A DNA stretch of 61,469 nt, counting the filler. It is 6 parts of 6 records of this genome, joined end to end, with 100 filler letters (N's around TTAATTAATTAA, not from the genome) between each part and the next. Parts side by side here need not be neighbours in the genome. Positions count along the whole stretch, not along the records: positions 30,644 to 39,537 come from SRR20825006_1829; positions 39,638 to 48,863 come from SRR20825006_1834; 4 more parts are not named here. One strand, given 5' to 3'. This document shows positions 38,011 to 47,791 of this stretch, piece after piece. The notes beneath the pieces were generated by a model. It had not been told where the DNA came from and made no database searches. It worked only from the letters and a program-made list of their open reading frames with translations. Both the position numbers and the translations under genes were made by a program. The stretch's first letter is position 1. Each line of letters begins with the position of its first letter.

Positions 38011-39396
38011 ATGTTGAATTCACTGTCCGGCCGCTTTCTGATCCTGACCACCATCTTTGTGATGTTGGCCGAGATATTGATTTTTGTGCCTTCGATTGCG
38101 CGCTTCCGCGAGGACTATCTGCTGGCGCATCTGGAGCGGGCGCAGATTGCGTCGCTGGCGCTGCTGGCGGACGACATGCTGAACCCCGATCTGGAAAAGG
38201 AGCTGTTGGAGAACGCAGGCGTCTTCAACGTGGTGCTGCGCCGTGACGAGGTGCGCCAGCTGATGCTGTCATCGCCGATGCCTTACCCGATCTCGGCCAC
38301 GTTCGACCTGCGCGATGCCACGGCGATGACGCTGATCCGGGACGCGCTGGTCCGGCTGGTGGATGCAGATCAGGAGGTGATCCGCGTGATCGGCGCGCCG
38401 GTGCGCGATGCGGGTCTGCTGATCGAGGTGACGATGGACGCGGTGCCGCTGCGCACGGCGATGATCGATTATGGCGCCCGCATCCTGGTCCTGTCGGCGG
38501 TGATCTCTGTCATCACGGCGCTGATGTTGTTCCTGGCGGTGCGGGTGTTTCTGGTCAAACCGATCAAGCGGGTGGTGGGGCACATGCTGAACTATGCCGA
38601 AGCGCCTGAGGATTCGCGCAGGATCATCACGCCGGGGGCGGGCATCCGCGAGCTGCGCGAGGCGGAAACCGCGCTGCAATCGCTGGAAACCGAGCTGACG
38701 CAGGCGCTGCGCCAGAAAGAGCGGTTGGCGCAACTGGGCGGTGCGGTCAGCAAGATCAGCCACGACTTGCGCAACATCCTGACATCGGCGCAGTTGTTCG
38801 TGGACCGGATCGAAGGGTCGGACGACCCGCTGGTGAAACGGCTGGCGCCCAAGCTGGTGGGGTCGATCACCCGCGCCGTGCACCTGTGCGAAAGCACGCT
38901 GGCCTTCGGCAAGGCCGAGGAGCCGGGGCCGACGCTGTCGCGGGTGCAGCTGGCCGAAACCGTGTCGGACGTGATCGAGGCCGAGCGGCTGGCGGTCGAC
39001 AATTATGACCTGAGCTTTGCCGAGGACATTCCCGCCATGCTGACCCTGCGCGCCGATGCCGAACAGCTGTACCGCGTGCTGTCCAACCTTGTGCGCAACG
39101 CACGGCAGGCGATCGTCGCCTCGGGCCAGCCCGGCGAGATCGCCGTTTCGGCCCGCGAGGATGCCGATGCCTGGTGGATCGAGGTGGCTGACACCGGCCC
39201 CGGCCTGCCGCCCAAGGCGCGCGAACATCTGTTCGTGGCGTTCCAGGGGGGCTCCCGAAAGGGCGGCACGGGTCTGGGGCTGGCGATCAGCCACGAACTG
39301 ATCCGCGGCCACGGCGGTACGTTGACCTTGCTACACAGCGGCCCGGACGGGTCGACGTTTTCAATCTGCCTGCCCAAGGGCGACGGCGCGCTTTAG
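38011..39396 (+). CDS. Membrane sensor histidine kinase (HAMP-HisKA-HATPase), no adjacent response regulator
   Basis: Two TMs, H-box SHDLRN, N-box NLVRNA, DTGPG, GTGLGL. Confidence 0.92.
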   Translation: MLNSLSGRFLILTTIFVMLAEILIFVPSIARFREDYLLAHLERAQIASLALLADDMLNPDLEKELLENAGVFNVVLRRDEVRQLMLSSPMPYPISATFDLRDATAMTLIRDALVRLVDADQEVIRVIGAPVRDAGLLIEVTMDAVPLRTAMIDYGARILVLSAVISVITALMLFLAVRVFLVKPIKRVVGHMLNYAEAPEDSRRIITPGAGIRELREAETALQSLETELTQALRQKERLAQLGGAVSKISHDLRNILTSAQLFVDRIEGSDDPLVKRLAPKLVGSITRAVHLCESTLAFGKAEEPGPTLSRVQLAETVSDVIEAERLAVDNYDLSFAEDIPAMLTLRADAEQLYRVLSNLVRNARQAIVASGQPGEIAVSAREDADAWWIEVADTGPGLPPKAREHLFVAFQGGSRKGGTGLGLAISHELIRGHGGTLTLLHSGPDGSTFSICLPKGDGAL

Positions 39397-39485
39397 CGGT
39401 GAAACGGGGTCATGTAATTTTCCTGACATAAATCGCGGATATGGGCTTGCGCCCATCCGCCACTCCGACTAAACCGCCGAACAGT

Positions 39486-39537
39486 GGACCGATAGCTCAG
39501 CTGGATAGAGTACTTGACTACGAATCAAGGGGTCGGG
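39486..39537 (+). tRNA. tRNA-Arg(ACG), 3'-truncated
   Basis: GGACCGATAGCTCAGCTGGATAGAGTA; anticodon arm CTTGA-CTACGAA-TCAAG; promoter TTGCGC-N17-TAAACC at 39447-39475. Confidence 0.93.
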
Positions 39538-39637
39538 NNNNNNNNNNNNNNNNNNNNNNNNNNNNNNNNNNNNNNNNNNNNTTAATTAATTAANNNNNNN
39601 NNNNNNNNNNNNNNNNNNNNNNNNNNNNNNNNNNNNN
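39538..39637. other. Artificial contig linker
   Basis: N44-TTAATTAATTAA-N44. Confidence 0.99.
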
Positions 39638-39638
39638 T

Positions 39639-40664
39639 CAGGAAATCATGACCGACCCGTCCTATGCGGGCCAGATCGTCACCTTTACCTTTCCGCACAT
39701 CGGCAACACGGGCATCACACCCGAAGACGATGAAACCGCCGACCCGGTGGCTGCGGGCATGGTTGTGAAATGGATGCCGACCGACCCGTCAAACTGGCGC
39801 AGCGCCGGTACGCTGGGGGATTGGCTGGCTGCACGTGGGCGCATTGCGATGGGCGGTGTCGACACCCGGCGGCTGACCCGCGCGATCCGGCAGGCCGGTG
39901 CGCCGCATGTGGCGTTGGCGCACAATCCTGAGGGTGTGTTCGACACTGAAAAACTGGTCGCCGCTGCCCGCGCCTTTTCCGGCCTCGAAGGGCTGGATCT
40001 GGCCAAGGAAGTCAGCTGTGCGCAATCCTATCACTGGAACGAAATGCGGTGGGCCTGGCCCGAAGGGTACAAGCCGCAGAATGACCCCAAGTACAAGGTC
40101 GTGGCCGTTGATTACGGTGCCAAGCGCAACATCCTGCGCTGCCTTGCTTCGGCAGGGTGCGACGTGACCGTCCTGCCCGCAAGCGCCACCACCGAGGAAG
40201 TGTTGTCGCACAACCCTGACGGCGTGTTCCTGTCCAATGGCCCCGGCGATCCGGCGGCCACGGGCGTTTATGCCGTGCCGATGATCAAGGGCATCCTGGA
40301 ACAGACCGACCTGCCCGTCTTTGGCATTTGCCTGGGCCACCAGATGCTGGCGCTCGCTCTTGGCGCGCAGACCGTGAAGATGAACCACGGCCACCACGGT
40401 GCGAACCATCCGGTGAAGGACCACGAAACCGGCAAGGTCGAGATCACCTCGATGAACCACGGTTTTGCCGTCGACGGCCAGACCCTGCCCAAAGGTGTGG
40501 TCGAAACGCACACCTCCCTGTTCGACGGGTCCAACTGTGGCATCCGCATGGAAGGCCGCCCGGTCTATTCCGTGCAGCACCACCCCGAAGCCAGCCCCGG
40601 CCCGCAAGACAGCTTTTATCTGTTCGAGCGTTTCGCCGAAGCGATGGCTGCCCGCGCAAGCTGA
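39639..40664 (+). CDS. carA: Carbamoyl-phosphate synthase small subunit (5'-partial)
   Basis: TDPSYAGQIVTFTFPHIGN, SNGPGDP, GICLGHQ, HPEASPGP. Confidence 0.97.
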   Translation, partial: QEIMTDPSYAGQIVTFTFPHIGNTGITPEDDETADPVAAGMVVKWMPTDPSNWRSAGTLGDWLAARGRIAMGGVDTRRLTRAIRQAGAPHVALAHNPEGVFDTEKLVAAARAFSGLEGLDLAKEVSCAQSYHWNEMRWAWPEGYKPQNDPKYKVVAVDYGAKRNILRCLASAGCDVTVLPASATTEEVLSHNPDGVFLSNGPGDPAATGVYAVPMIKGILEQTDLPVFGICLGHQMLALALGAQTVKMNHGHHGANHPVKDHETGKVEITSMNHGFAVDGQTLPKGVVETHTSLFDGSNCGIRMEGRPVYSVQHHPEASPGPQDSFYLFERFAEAMAARAS

Positions 40665-40727
40665 CTCCTCCCTTCTTGGGGAAATTTACCGGAAACGGGG
40701 TGATTCCGTTAACGCCCCCGCTTTGCC

Positions 40728-40743
40728 TTAACGCACCATTAAC
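40728..40743 (+). promoter_or_regulatory. CtrA-type binding site
   Basis: TTAA-CGCACCA-TTAAC matches the TTAA-N7-TTAA(C) consensus; extra GTTAAC half site at 40708-40713. Confidence 0.7.
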
Positions 40744-40789
40744 CCTGTTCTGCCCAAGATGAGCTTTGCCATCCGCGCAGGGGCATTGA

Positions 40790-42676
40790 ATGAGCGATCC
40801 ACGGCTGCGACTTGTCCATCCCGAGGGGGTGCCCGAGCAAGGGCTGCCCGCACCTTTGGGCCGTCAGTTGGTCGAAACAGGATTGATCACCCAAACCGAG
40901 CTGCTGAACGCCCTGGGCCTGCAACGCCGGGTCGATGCGCAACTGGGTGAGATTCTGATGGCCGAAGGCGTGGTGCAGCCTGACGACCTGTTGGCTGCGC
41001 TGGCACGGCAACACAATGCGCAACTGGTCGATCTGAACGCCTCACCGCCACGCCGCAAAATCGCGTCGGCGCTGCCATCGTCCTTGTGTTTGCAGCATCA
41101 CGTGGTGCCGTGGATCTGGGTGGGCAACACCTTGCTTGTGGCCACGGCGCGACCTGACCTTTTCGACCATCTGCGCCGGTGCATGGGGGCCTTCGGCCCG
41201 GCGATGCTGCCCGTGATCGCAAGCCCCGGCGCCATCCGCACGCAGATCAACCGCCTGTACAGCACGCAGCTGGCGCACAAGGCGATCACCCGTGTGGCCA
41301 GTGTCGAAAGCTGTCGCAACTGGGGGAAACGTGGCAATGCGCTGTGGCTGTGGTCGGCAGGCTTTGCTTTGACCACTTGCCTGATCCTGTCACCCGCTTG
41401 GACCGTGACCGTGGCCTGCCTGTGGGCGGTGCTGACATTGATGATGACGACATTGATGAAAGCCGCCGCCTTTGGCGCGCAGATCATCGGGGGCCTGTAT
41501 GATCATCTGTCGACCGCACCGCCTGTGCCCCCGCCCTTCCGCCTGCCGCGGGTCTCGGTGATGGTGCCGCTGCTGCACGAGAAAGAGATCGCCAATGCGC
41601 TGATCAAACGCATGGAGCGGCTGACCTATCCCAAATCCCTGCTTGAGGTGGTGCTGGTGCTCGAGGCCAGCGACACCGTCACCCGCGACACCATCGCACG
41701 CACCGATCTGCCGCCGTGGATCAGCGTGATCGAGGTGCCCGATGCCCAGTGCCTGACCACCAAGCCGCGCGCGCTGAACTATGCGCTGGATTTCTGCAAG
41801 GGGTCGATCATCGGCGTCTGGGATGCCGAGGATGCGCCGGAACCCGACCAGATCGAAAAGGTAGTGCTACGGTTCCAGAACGCCCCTGCGAACGTGGCCT
41901 GTCTGCAGGCGGTCCTGGACTACTACAACCCGCGCACCAACTGGATGTCGCGCTGTTTCACCATCGAATATGCGACATGGTGGCGGCTGATCCTGCCGGG
42001 CATCGCGCGGCTGGGGCTGGTGATCCCGTTGGGGGGCACGACGTTGTTCTTTCGCCGCGACATCCTGGAACGTCTGGGCGGTTGGGACGCACATAACGTC
42101 ACCGAGGATGCCGATCTGGGCGTGCGGCTGGCGCGTCATGGCTATCGCACCGAACTGTTGCCCACTGTCACCCACGAAGAGGCCAACTGCCGCCCCTGGC
42201 GTTGGGTGCGACAACGGTCGCGCTGGCTCAAGGGGTTCATGATCACCTATTTCGTCCACATGCGCCATCCGCGCCAGTTGCTGCGCGAACTGGGGTGGAA
42301 ACGGGTGATGGGCCTGCAGGTGATCTTTCTCGCGACCTTCTCGCAATTCGCGGCGGCCCCGTTCCTGTGGTCGTTCTGGCTGATCCCGCTGGGGGTGCCG
42401 CATCCGGTGCAGATGACGCTGGGCGCATCGGTGCTGTGGTGGATGACGGTGCTGTTTGTCAGTGCCGAGGTTCTGAGTCTGATCCTTGGCCTTGCTGCCG
42501 TGTCGGGGCGTGCGCACCGGCATCTGCTGCCGTGGGTGCCGACGATGCCGTTCTATTTCCCTCTGGGGGCGCTGGCGGCCTACAAAGCCTTGCACGAAAT
42601 GATCGCGCAGCCGTTCTTTTGGGACAAGACCCAGCATGGTTACGCCGAAGCGACCGAGGATGTTCAGGGTTTATAG
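40790..42676 (+). CDS. Processive family 2 glycosyltransferase with an N-terminal MshEN/GspE-N-like domain
   Basis: Tandem xLGxxLxxxGxxxxxxLxxALxxQ repeats; KPRALN, DAED, TEDADLG, QRSRW; C-terminal TMs and WDKTQHG. Confidence 0.88.
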   Translation: MSDPRLRLVHPEGVPEQGLPAPLGRQLVETGLITQTELLNALGLQRRVDAQLGEILMAEGVVQPDDLLAALARQHNAQLVDLNASPPRRKIASALPSSLCLQHHVVPWIWVGNTLLVATARPDLFDHLRRCMGAFGPAMLPVIASPGAIRTQINRLYSTQLAHKAITRVASVESCRNWGKRGNALWLWSAGFALTTCLILSPAWTVTVACLWAVLTLMMTTLMKAAAFGAQIIGGLYDHLSTAPPVPPPFRLPRVSVMVPLLHEKEIANALIKRMERLTYPKSLLEVVLVLEASDTVTRDTIARTDLPPWISVIEVPDAQCLTTKPRALNYALDFCKGSIIGVWDAEDAPEPDQIEKVVLRFQNAPANVACLQAVLDYYNPRTNWMSRCFTIEYATWWRLILPGIARLGLVIPLGGTTLFFRRDILERLGGWDAHNVTEDADLGVRLARHGYRTELLPTVTHEEANCRPWRWVRQRSRWLKGFMITYFVHMRHPRQLLRELGWKRVMGLQVIFLATFSQFAAAPFLWSFWLIPLGVPHPVQMTLGASVLWWMTVLFVSAEVLSLILGLAAVSGRAHRHLLPWVPTMPFYFPLGALAAYKALHEMIAQPFFWDKTQHGYAEATEDVQGL

Positions 42677-43671
42677 GCCTCGATCACAGCCTTGGCATAG
42701 CAAGGCGCGCGCTGTTCCAGATCCTTGAATTTGGATGAGGTCGGGTACCAGACGCGCAAGAGATCCCCCTTGAAGCGGTCGGATGCAAGCCAGTCTTCGG
42801 TCGAAACCAGGGGCGCAAGCGGGCTGATCAGATCCAGCCGAGTCTGCTGACTGCCCCGCAAGTGAAACAATACCCCCATGACGTCGTCGGCATTCTGCGG
42901 ACATGCCGCACGCACCACCGCGGCCATCGGGGCCAGCTTTGGATGCTGCAACAGGTCCGCACCGCGTGCGCGCCATGCGTCCTCTGACTCTTCCCGTGAC
43001 ACTGCCCCTTTGGACGAAAAGAACGGCGCCACCAAAATCTGATCTTCGCTGTCCAGCGCAGGCAGCGATTGCCTCAGGTCCGAGATCGCATTGGCAAGGT
43101 CCTCATATTTGGTCCCACGTGCACCCGCCTCAAATGCCTGCATAAAGGGAAATAGCGCAGGTCCAGTATAGGGCAGTAAGGCCGGATGGCCCAATGCGCG
43201 CATTGTAGATAGGGTATCGCCAAGGTTCATTGGCATATTCGTGTAATCAATCGCACGCCGGATAACGCCAGCATCCGCCAGCGCGCCGGAATGGGCCGCA
43301 TAATCCGTGCCCTCATGGTGCATAAGCAACGCCGCCAAAGGACTGTTGGGGGCCGCGAACCTGATCCAAGGGACACCGAACCGACCGTTCGGTTTGCGAA
43401 AAATCGCCTTTCGTGAATTGGGGGAAAACCTGTCAGTCAGGTAGAAATGCGTCGGAAACGCAAATTCAAGCATGCCAAGCGTCACCTGTGCCGCGACATT
43501 GCCCTCGTTCGCCAAAGCAGCCATGTCGCGCAGCGTGGCCTGATCATCCGCGCCCGCCAGCCACTCGGTTCGCAGCTTTTGATAGCGTGGATCGTCTTGC
43601 CCCTGCACCTGAGCCCATAAAGCCAGGGGAAACAAGGCGATCCATGTGATGCTCAGCAAAAGACGTGCCAT
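42664..43671 (-). CDS. Hypothetical exported protein
   Basis: 335-aa ORF, signal peptide ALWA-Q, GGAGG RBS, one Sel1-like segment (ANEGNVAAQVTLG). Confidence 0.7.
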   Translation of the reverse strand: MARLLLSITWIALFPLALWAQVQGQDDPRYQKLRTEWLAGADDQATLRDMAALANEGNVAAQVTLGMLEFAFPTHFYLTDRFSPNSRKAIFRKPNGRFGVPWIRFAAPNSPLAALLMHHEGTDYAAHSGALADAGVIRRAIDYTNMPMNLGDTLSTMRALGHPALLPYTGPALFPFMQAFEAGARGTKYEDLANAISDLRQSLPALDSEDQILVAPFFSSKGAVSREESEDAWRARGADLLQHPKLAPMAAVVRAACPQNADDVMGVLFHLRGSQQTRLDLISPLAPLVSTEDWLASDRFKGDLLRVWYPTSSKFKDLEQRAPCYAKAVIEAYKP

Positions 43672-43861
43672 AGGCTGCCTCCTTGGTCCTCAATCTGCTT
43701 GACCAGACAGCTATACGGCGAATGTGGACAAAATCGGGCATCGCGCGGGCATGGCCAGCAGCACTGCCTTTTGGTCTTCGGCAATTGTCTTGATCGTTTC
43801 AGGATGGTCCATTACGCACTCCTGTTTTCGCAACCGTGTGCCAGCGAGGGGAAAGTTTACT

Positions 43862-44506
43862 TCAGCCCTCTTCCTCGCGCCGTGCCGCATCCAGTTTCAG
43901 CCGCGTCATAAAGGCCACCGAGATGTGTTCGCGCAAAGCCGCCCCTGCCGCCGCACCGTCACCGGCCTCAATGGCGCGCACAATGGCATCATGTTCCTGC
44001 TGCGCGATCTCGGCGCGCCCCTCGGCGGCGAGCGTTGTTGTGGCCATCAACGCCATGCTGCGGTGCACCAGATCCAGTTGCTGCACCAGATAGCGGTTGT
44101 GCGAGGCGAGATGGATCTGTTTGTGAAACCGCCGGTTGGCGCGCGCCATGGCGGCGGGATCGTTCAGCAGCTTGTTGTCGGCCTGAACCATCTCGCGCAG
44201 CACGCGCACCTCTTCTGCGGTGGCGTGGCGGGCGGCCAGGTTTGCAGCCAGCCCTTCCAGTTCACCGCGCACCACGTAAAGCTCGGCCATCTGGTTGTGG
44301 TCCAGCGACGCCACGATCAGGCTGCGCCCGTCACGCGCCAGCAGCGATTGCGTCTCGAGCCGCTGCAAGGCCTCGCGGATGGGTGTGCGCGACATGCCGA
44401 ACCGGTCGGCCAGTTCGCTTTCCACCAGCCGGTCGCCGGGGCGGTATTGTCCGATATCAATGGCTTCGAGGATCATCGAATAGGCATCGGTGTTCACTGG
44501 TTTCAT
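43862..44506 (-). CDS. GntR-family (FCD domain) transcriptional regulator
   Basis: PGDRLVESELADRFGMSRTPIREAL; NRRFH...EHDAI; start moved to MKPVNT. Confidence 0.9.
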   Translation of the reverse strand: MKPVNTDAYSMILEAIDIGQYRPGDRLVESELADRFGMSRTPIREALQRLETQSLLARDGRSLIVASLDHNQMAELYVVRGELEGLAANLAARHATAEEVRVLREMVQADNKLLNDPAAMARANRRFHKQIHLASHNRYLVQQLDLVHRSMALMATTTLAAEGRAEIAQQEHDAIVRAIEAGDGAAAGAALREHISVAFMTRLKLDAARREEEG

Positions 44507-44612
44507 CACGCGCTCCGGCCTTTGGCAGTCTTGCGCGCACCCTAAGGGCGCGGGATGCGGGTGCGCAAGCCTTGGCGCTTGCAGAAGCGCGCGGGCAGGC
44601 CTACCACGGGGC

Positions 44613-45260
44613 ATGCCCAATCCAGATTTCTCCCATGTAACGTCCTGGGTCTTTGACCTCGACAACACGCTGTATCACCCTTCTGCCCGCCTGTTCGATC
44701 AGATCGAGGTGCGCATGACCGCCTATGTGATGGACTCGCTTGGCGTCGACCGGACCGAGGCGGATCGTTTGCGCCTGCACTACTGGCGCACGCACGGCAC
44801 GACGCTGGCCGGACTGATGCGCGAACATGGCGTTGATCCGGCGCCGTACCTCACGGATGTGCACGACATCGACCTGAGCCACCTGACGGCGGATGCCGTT
44901 TTGGCGGCGCGGCTGCGCGCCCTGCCCGGACGGCGCATCGTCTATACCAACGGCAGCGGTCCCTATGCCGAACGGGTGCTGGCCGCGCGCGGGCTGGCGG
45001 GCTGTTTCGATGCGATCTACGGGGTCGAGCACGCCAATTTCCTGCCCAAGCCCGACCGCAAGGCATTCGAGACCATTTTCGCCACCGACAAGCTGCGCCC
45101 CGAGGTTGCCGCGATGTTCGAGGACGACCCCCGCAATCTGGCCGCCCCGCATGCGATGGGGATGCGCACGGTGCATGTGGCAGACGTGGCTGCCCCCGCC
45201 GATCACATCCACCATCACACCGACGATCTGTCGGGGTTTCTGGCGCGGCTGGTCGGATAG
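44613..45260 (+). CDS. Pyrimidine 5'-nucleotidase (haloacid dehalogenase superfamily)
   Basis: WVFDLDNTLY, YTNG, PKP, MFEDDPRNL. Confidence 0.9.
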   Translation: MPNPDFSHVTSWVFDLDNTLYHPSARLFDQIEVRMTAYVMDSLGVDRTEADRLRLHYWRTHGTTLAGLMREHGVDPAPYLTDVHDIDLSHLTADAVLAARLRALPGRRIVYTNGSGPYAERVLAARGLAGCFDAIYGVEHANFLPKPDRKAFETIFATDKLRPEVAAMFEDDPRNLAAPHAMGMRTVHVADVAAPADHIHHHTDDLSGFLARLVG

Positions 45261-45309
45261 GACGCTTTGCCGCCTTTCCTGCGCCGCGCGCCGTACTAGG
45301 ATCACCGAC

Positions 45310-46503
45310 ATGATTGAAACCGATATCCTGATTTCCGGTGGTGGCGTCGCCGGGCTGACTGCGGCGGCGGCCTTTGGCACGGCGGGCTTTGACGTGATCT
45401 GCGTCGATCCGGCCCCGCCCATCACCGAGCGAGAGGCCGCAGGCGCCGACATGCGCACCACCGCCATGTTGCAACCCGCCCGCGAAGTGTTGAAAACCGC
45501 AGGGCTGTGGGAGCGGCTGGAACCCTATGCCGCCCCGCTGAAGATCATGCGCATCGTTGACGCGGGCGGTGCTGAGGGCACCCCCCGACTGACCCGTGAT
45601 TTCCGTGCAGCGGACATCTCCGACCTGCCCTTTGGCTGGAACCTGCCCAACTGGCGGCTGCGGCGCGAGATGGTGGCGCGGCTGCAGGAATTGCCCAACG
45701 TCGATTTCCGCCCCGGCACCGGCACCGCCAGCCTGCTGACCCGCACAGCCGAAGCGCGGGTAAAACTCGACGATGGCACAAACGTGCGCACCAAGCTGGT
45801 GATCGCCGCTGACGGGCGCAATTCACCCATGCGTCAGGCGGCGGGCATTGACGTGAAAACAACGCGCTATGGACAAAAGGCGCTGGCCTTTGCCGTGACC
45901 CACCCGATCCCGCACGACAATGTCTCGACCGAAGTGCACCGCACCGGCGGGCCGTTCACGCTGGTGCCGCTGCCGGATCACGAGGGGATGCCCTGCTCTG
46001 CCGTGGTATGGATGGACGATGGCCCTGCAACCGTTGCACGGATGGCGCTGGATGCCGAAGCCTTCGAGGCCGAGATGTCGCTGCGCAGCTGCCACCTGTT
46101 CGGGCCGCTGACGCTGGCCTCGAACCGCACGATCTGGCCGATCATCAGCCAACAGGCCGAACGCCTCAGCGGGCAACGCATCGCCCTGATGGCCGAGGCC
46201 GCGCATGTGGTGCCGCCCATCGGCGCGCAGGGACTGAACATGAGCCTGTCTGATCTGTCGACCCTGCTGGACCTGGCGCTGGCGCGGCACGAACATCTGG
46301 GCGATGCACAAATGCTGGACGCCTATCACGACGCGCGCATCCGCGACGTACGCGTACGGGTGGCAGGCATTGACGCGCTGAACCGGGCATCGCAGGTCAG
46401 CACGCCCGCGCTGAGGGATGCGCGGGCGTTGGGGTTGAATGCGCTCTATGCGCTGGCACCGGTGCGCAAGACCCTGATGCAGATGGGCCTTGGGGTGCGT
46501 TAA
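45310..46503 (+). CDS. UbiH/UbiF/UbiL-family FAD-dependent hydroxylase (ubiquinone biosynthesis)
   Basis: GGGVAG, IAADGRNS, EAAHVVPPIGAQGLNM; start MIETDIL at 45310. Confidence 0.9.
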   Translation: MIETDILISGGGVAGLTAAAAFGTAGFDVICVDPAPPITEREAAGADMRTTAMLQPAREVLKTAGLWERLEPYAAPLKIMRIVDAGGAEGTPRLTRDFRAADISDLPFGWNLPNWRLRREMVARLQELPNVDFRPGTGTASLLTRTAEARVKLDDGTNVRTKLVIAADGRNSPMRQAAGIDVKTTRYGQKALAFAVTHPIPHDNVSTEVHRTGGPFTLVPLPDHEGMPCSAVVWMDDGPATVARMALDAEAFEAEMSLRSCHLFGPLTLASNRTIWPIISQQAERLSGQRIALMAEAAHVVPPIGAQGLNMSLSDLSTLLDLALARHEHLGDAQMLDAYHDARIRDVRVRVAGIDALNRASQVSTPALRDARALGLNALYALAPVRKTLMQMGLGVR

Positions 46504-46607
46504 AGCACTTCTCGGAAAACCTAATACAAAGGTTATCACTTAACGCGTTGAAATCTATGATTTCAGGCAGCGTTAAGTGATCCAGTTTTCTTTCGAAAGT
46601 GCTATTA
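46501..46607. repeat. Palindromic MITE/RIME-like intergenic element between convergent genes
   Basis: Nested inverted repeats: AGCACTT..GAAAAC / GTTTTC..AAGTGCT outer, ATCACTTAACGC/GCGTTAAGTGAT (12 bp), TGAAATC/GATTTCA inner. Confidence 0.65.
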
Positions 46608-47729
46608 CAGCACCTTGTCGAGAGCCGTTTCCAGACGCGCCAGCGTGGCGTCCACGTCGTAAAGCTTGTCCAGCCCGAACAACCCCAGCCGGAAGGTCGA
46701 GAAATCCGCAGGCTCGTCACAGGCCAGCGGAACACCGGCAGCGATCTGCATGCCCTCGGCGGCGAACTTCTTGCCATTCTGGATTTGCGGATCGGCGGTA
46801 TAAGACACCACAACACCCGGCGCGCCAAAGCCGTCTGCTGCGACGGAGGTCACGCCACGGTCCGCCAGCATCTTGCGCACCGCATCGCCCAGTTGCCACT
46901 GCGCCTCTTTCAGCCGCCCGAACCCGTAATCGCGCGTCTCGACCATCGTGTCACGGAACGCCCGCAGGGCATCCGTGGGCATGGTCGCGTGATAGGCATG
47001 ACCACCGTTTTCGTAGGCCTGCATGATCTGGTGCCATTTCTTCAGGTCGATGGCAAAGCTGTCCGATGTGGTCTGCTCCATCCGCGCCAGCGCACGGTCG
47101 GACATCATCACCAGACCAGCCGAGGGGGCGGCACTCCATCCCTTTTGCGGGGCGGAGAGCAACACATCGACGCCCAGCTTGCGCATGTCGACCCAGGCAC
47201 AGCCGGACGCAATACAGTCCAGCACCATCAGTGCGCCGACCTCATGAGCGGCGGCGGCCATCGCGGCGACATAGTCATCGGGCAGAATCACACCGGCGCT
47301 GGTTTCCACGTGGGGGGCAAAGACGATTTCGGGCTTGCCCTCGCGGATGGCGGACACGACCTCTTCGATGGGTGCGGGGGCAAAGGGTGACGGTGACGCG
47401 TTCCCCGACTGGCGCGCCTTCAGCACGGTCGCCTCGCCGGTCAGATCCCCGCTTTCGATGATCTGGCTCCAGCGGTAGCTGAACCAGCCGTTGCGCACGA
47501 CCAGCACGCGGGCACCACGGGCGAACTGGCGGGCGACCGCTTCCATTCCATAGGTGCCGCCGCCGGGCACGATGGCCACGGCATCGGCGCCATAGACCTC
47601 TTTCAGCATCGCCGAGATGTCTTTCATCACCTTCTGAAAGGCGGCAGACATGTGGTTCAGCGAACGGTCGGTGAAGACCACCGAGAATTCATCCATCCCT
47701 TGCGGGTCAACAGTGTCGAGCAATGCCAT
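46605..47729 (-). CDS. Class V PLP-dependent aminotransferase (serine-glyoxylate/AGAT-like)
   Basis: GGGTYGMEA, HVETSAG, DCIASG, SAPQKGWS (PLP Lys), FRLGLFG. Confidence 0.9.
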   Translation of the reverse strand: MALLDTVDPQGMDEFSVVFTDRSLNHMSAAFQKVMKDISAMLKEVYGADAVAIVPGGGTYGMEAVARQFARGARVLVVRNGWFSYRWSQIIESGDLTGEATVLKARQSGNASPSPFAPAPIEEVVSAIREGKPEIVFAPHVETSAGVILPDDYVAAMAAAAHEVGALMVLDCIASGCAWVDMRKLGVDVLLSAPQKGWSAAPSAGLVMMSDRALARMEQTTSDSFAIDLKKWHQIMQAYENGGHAYHATMPTDALRAFRDTMVETRDYGFGRLKEAQWQLGDAVRKMLADRGVTSVAADGFGAPGVVVSYTADPQIQNGKKFAAEGMQIAAGVPLACDEPADFSTFRLGLFGLDKLYDVDATLARLETALDKVL

Positions 47730-47791
47730 GCGCGGTCTCCTTCAATCTTGCGTTGCCACACACCTACGCCCGATATGTGACAAATGCCAGA

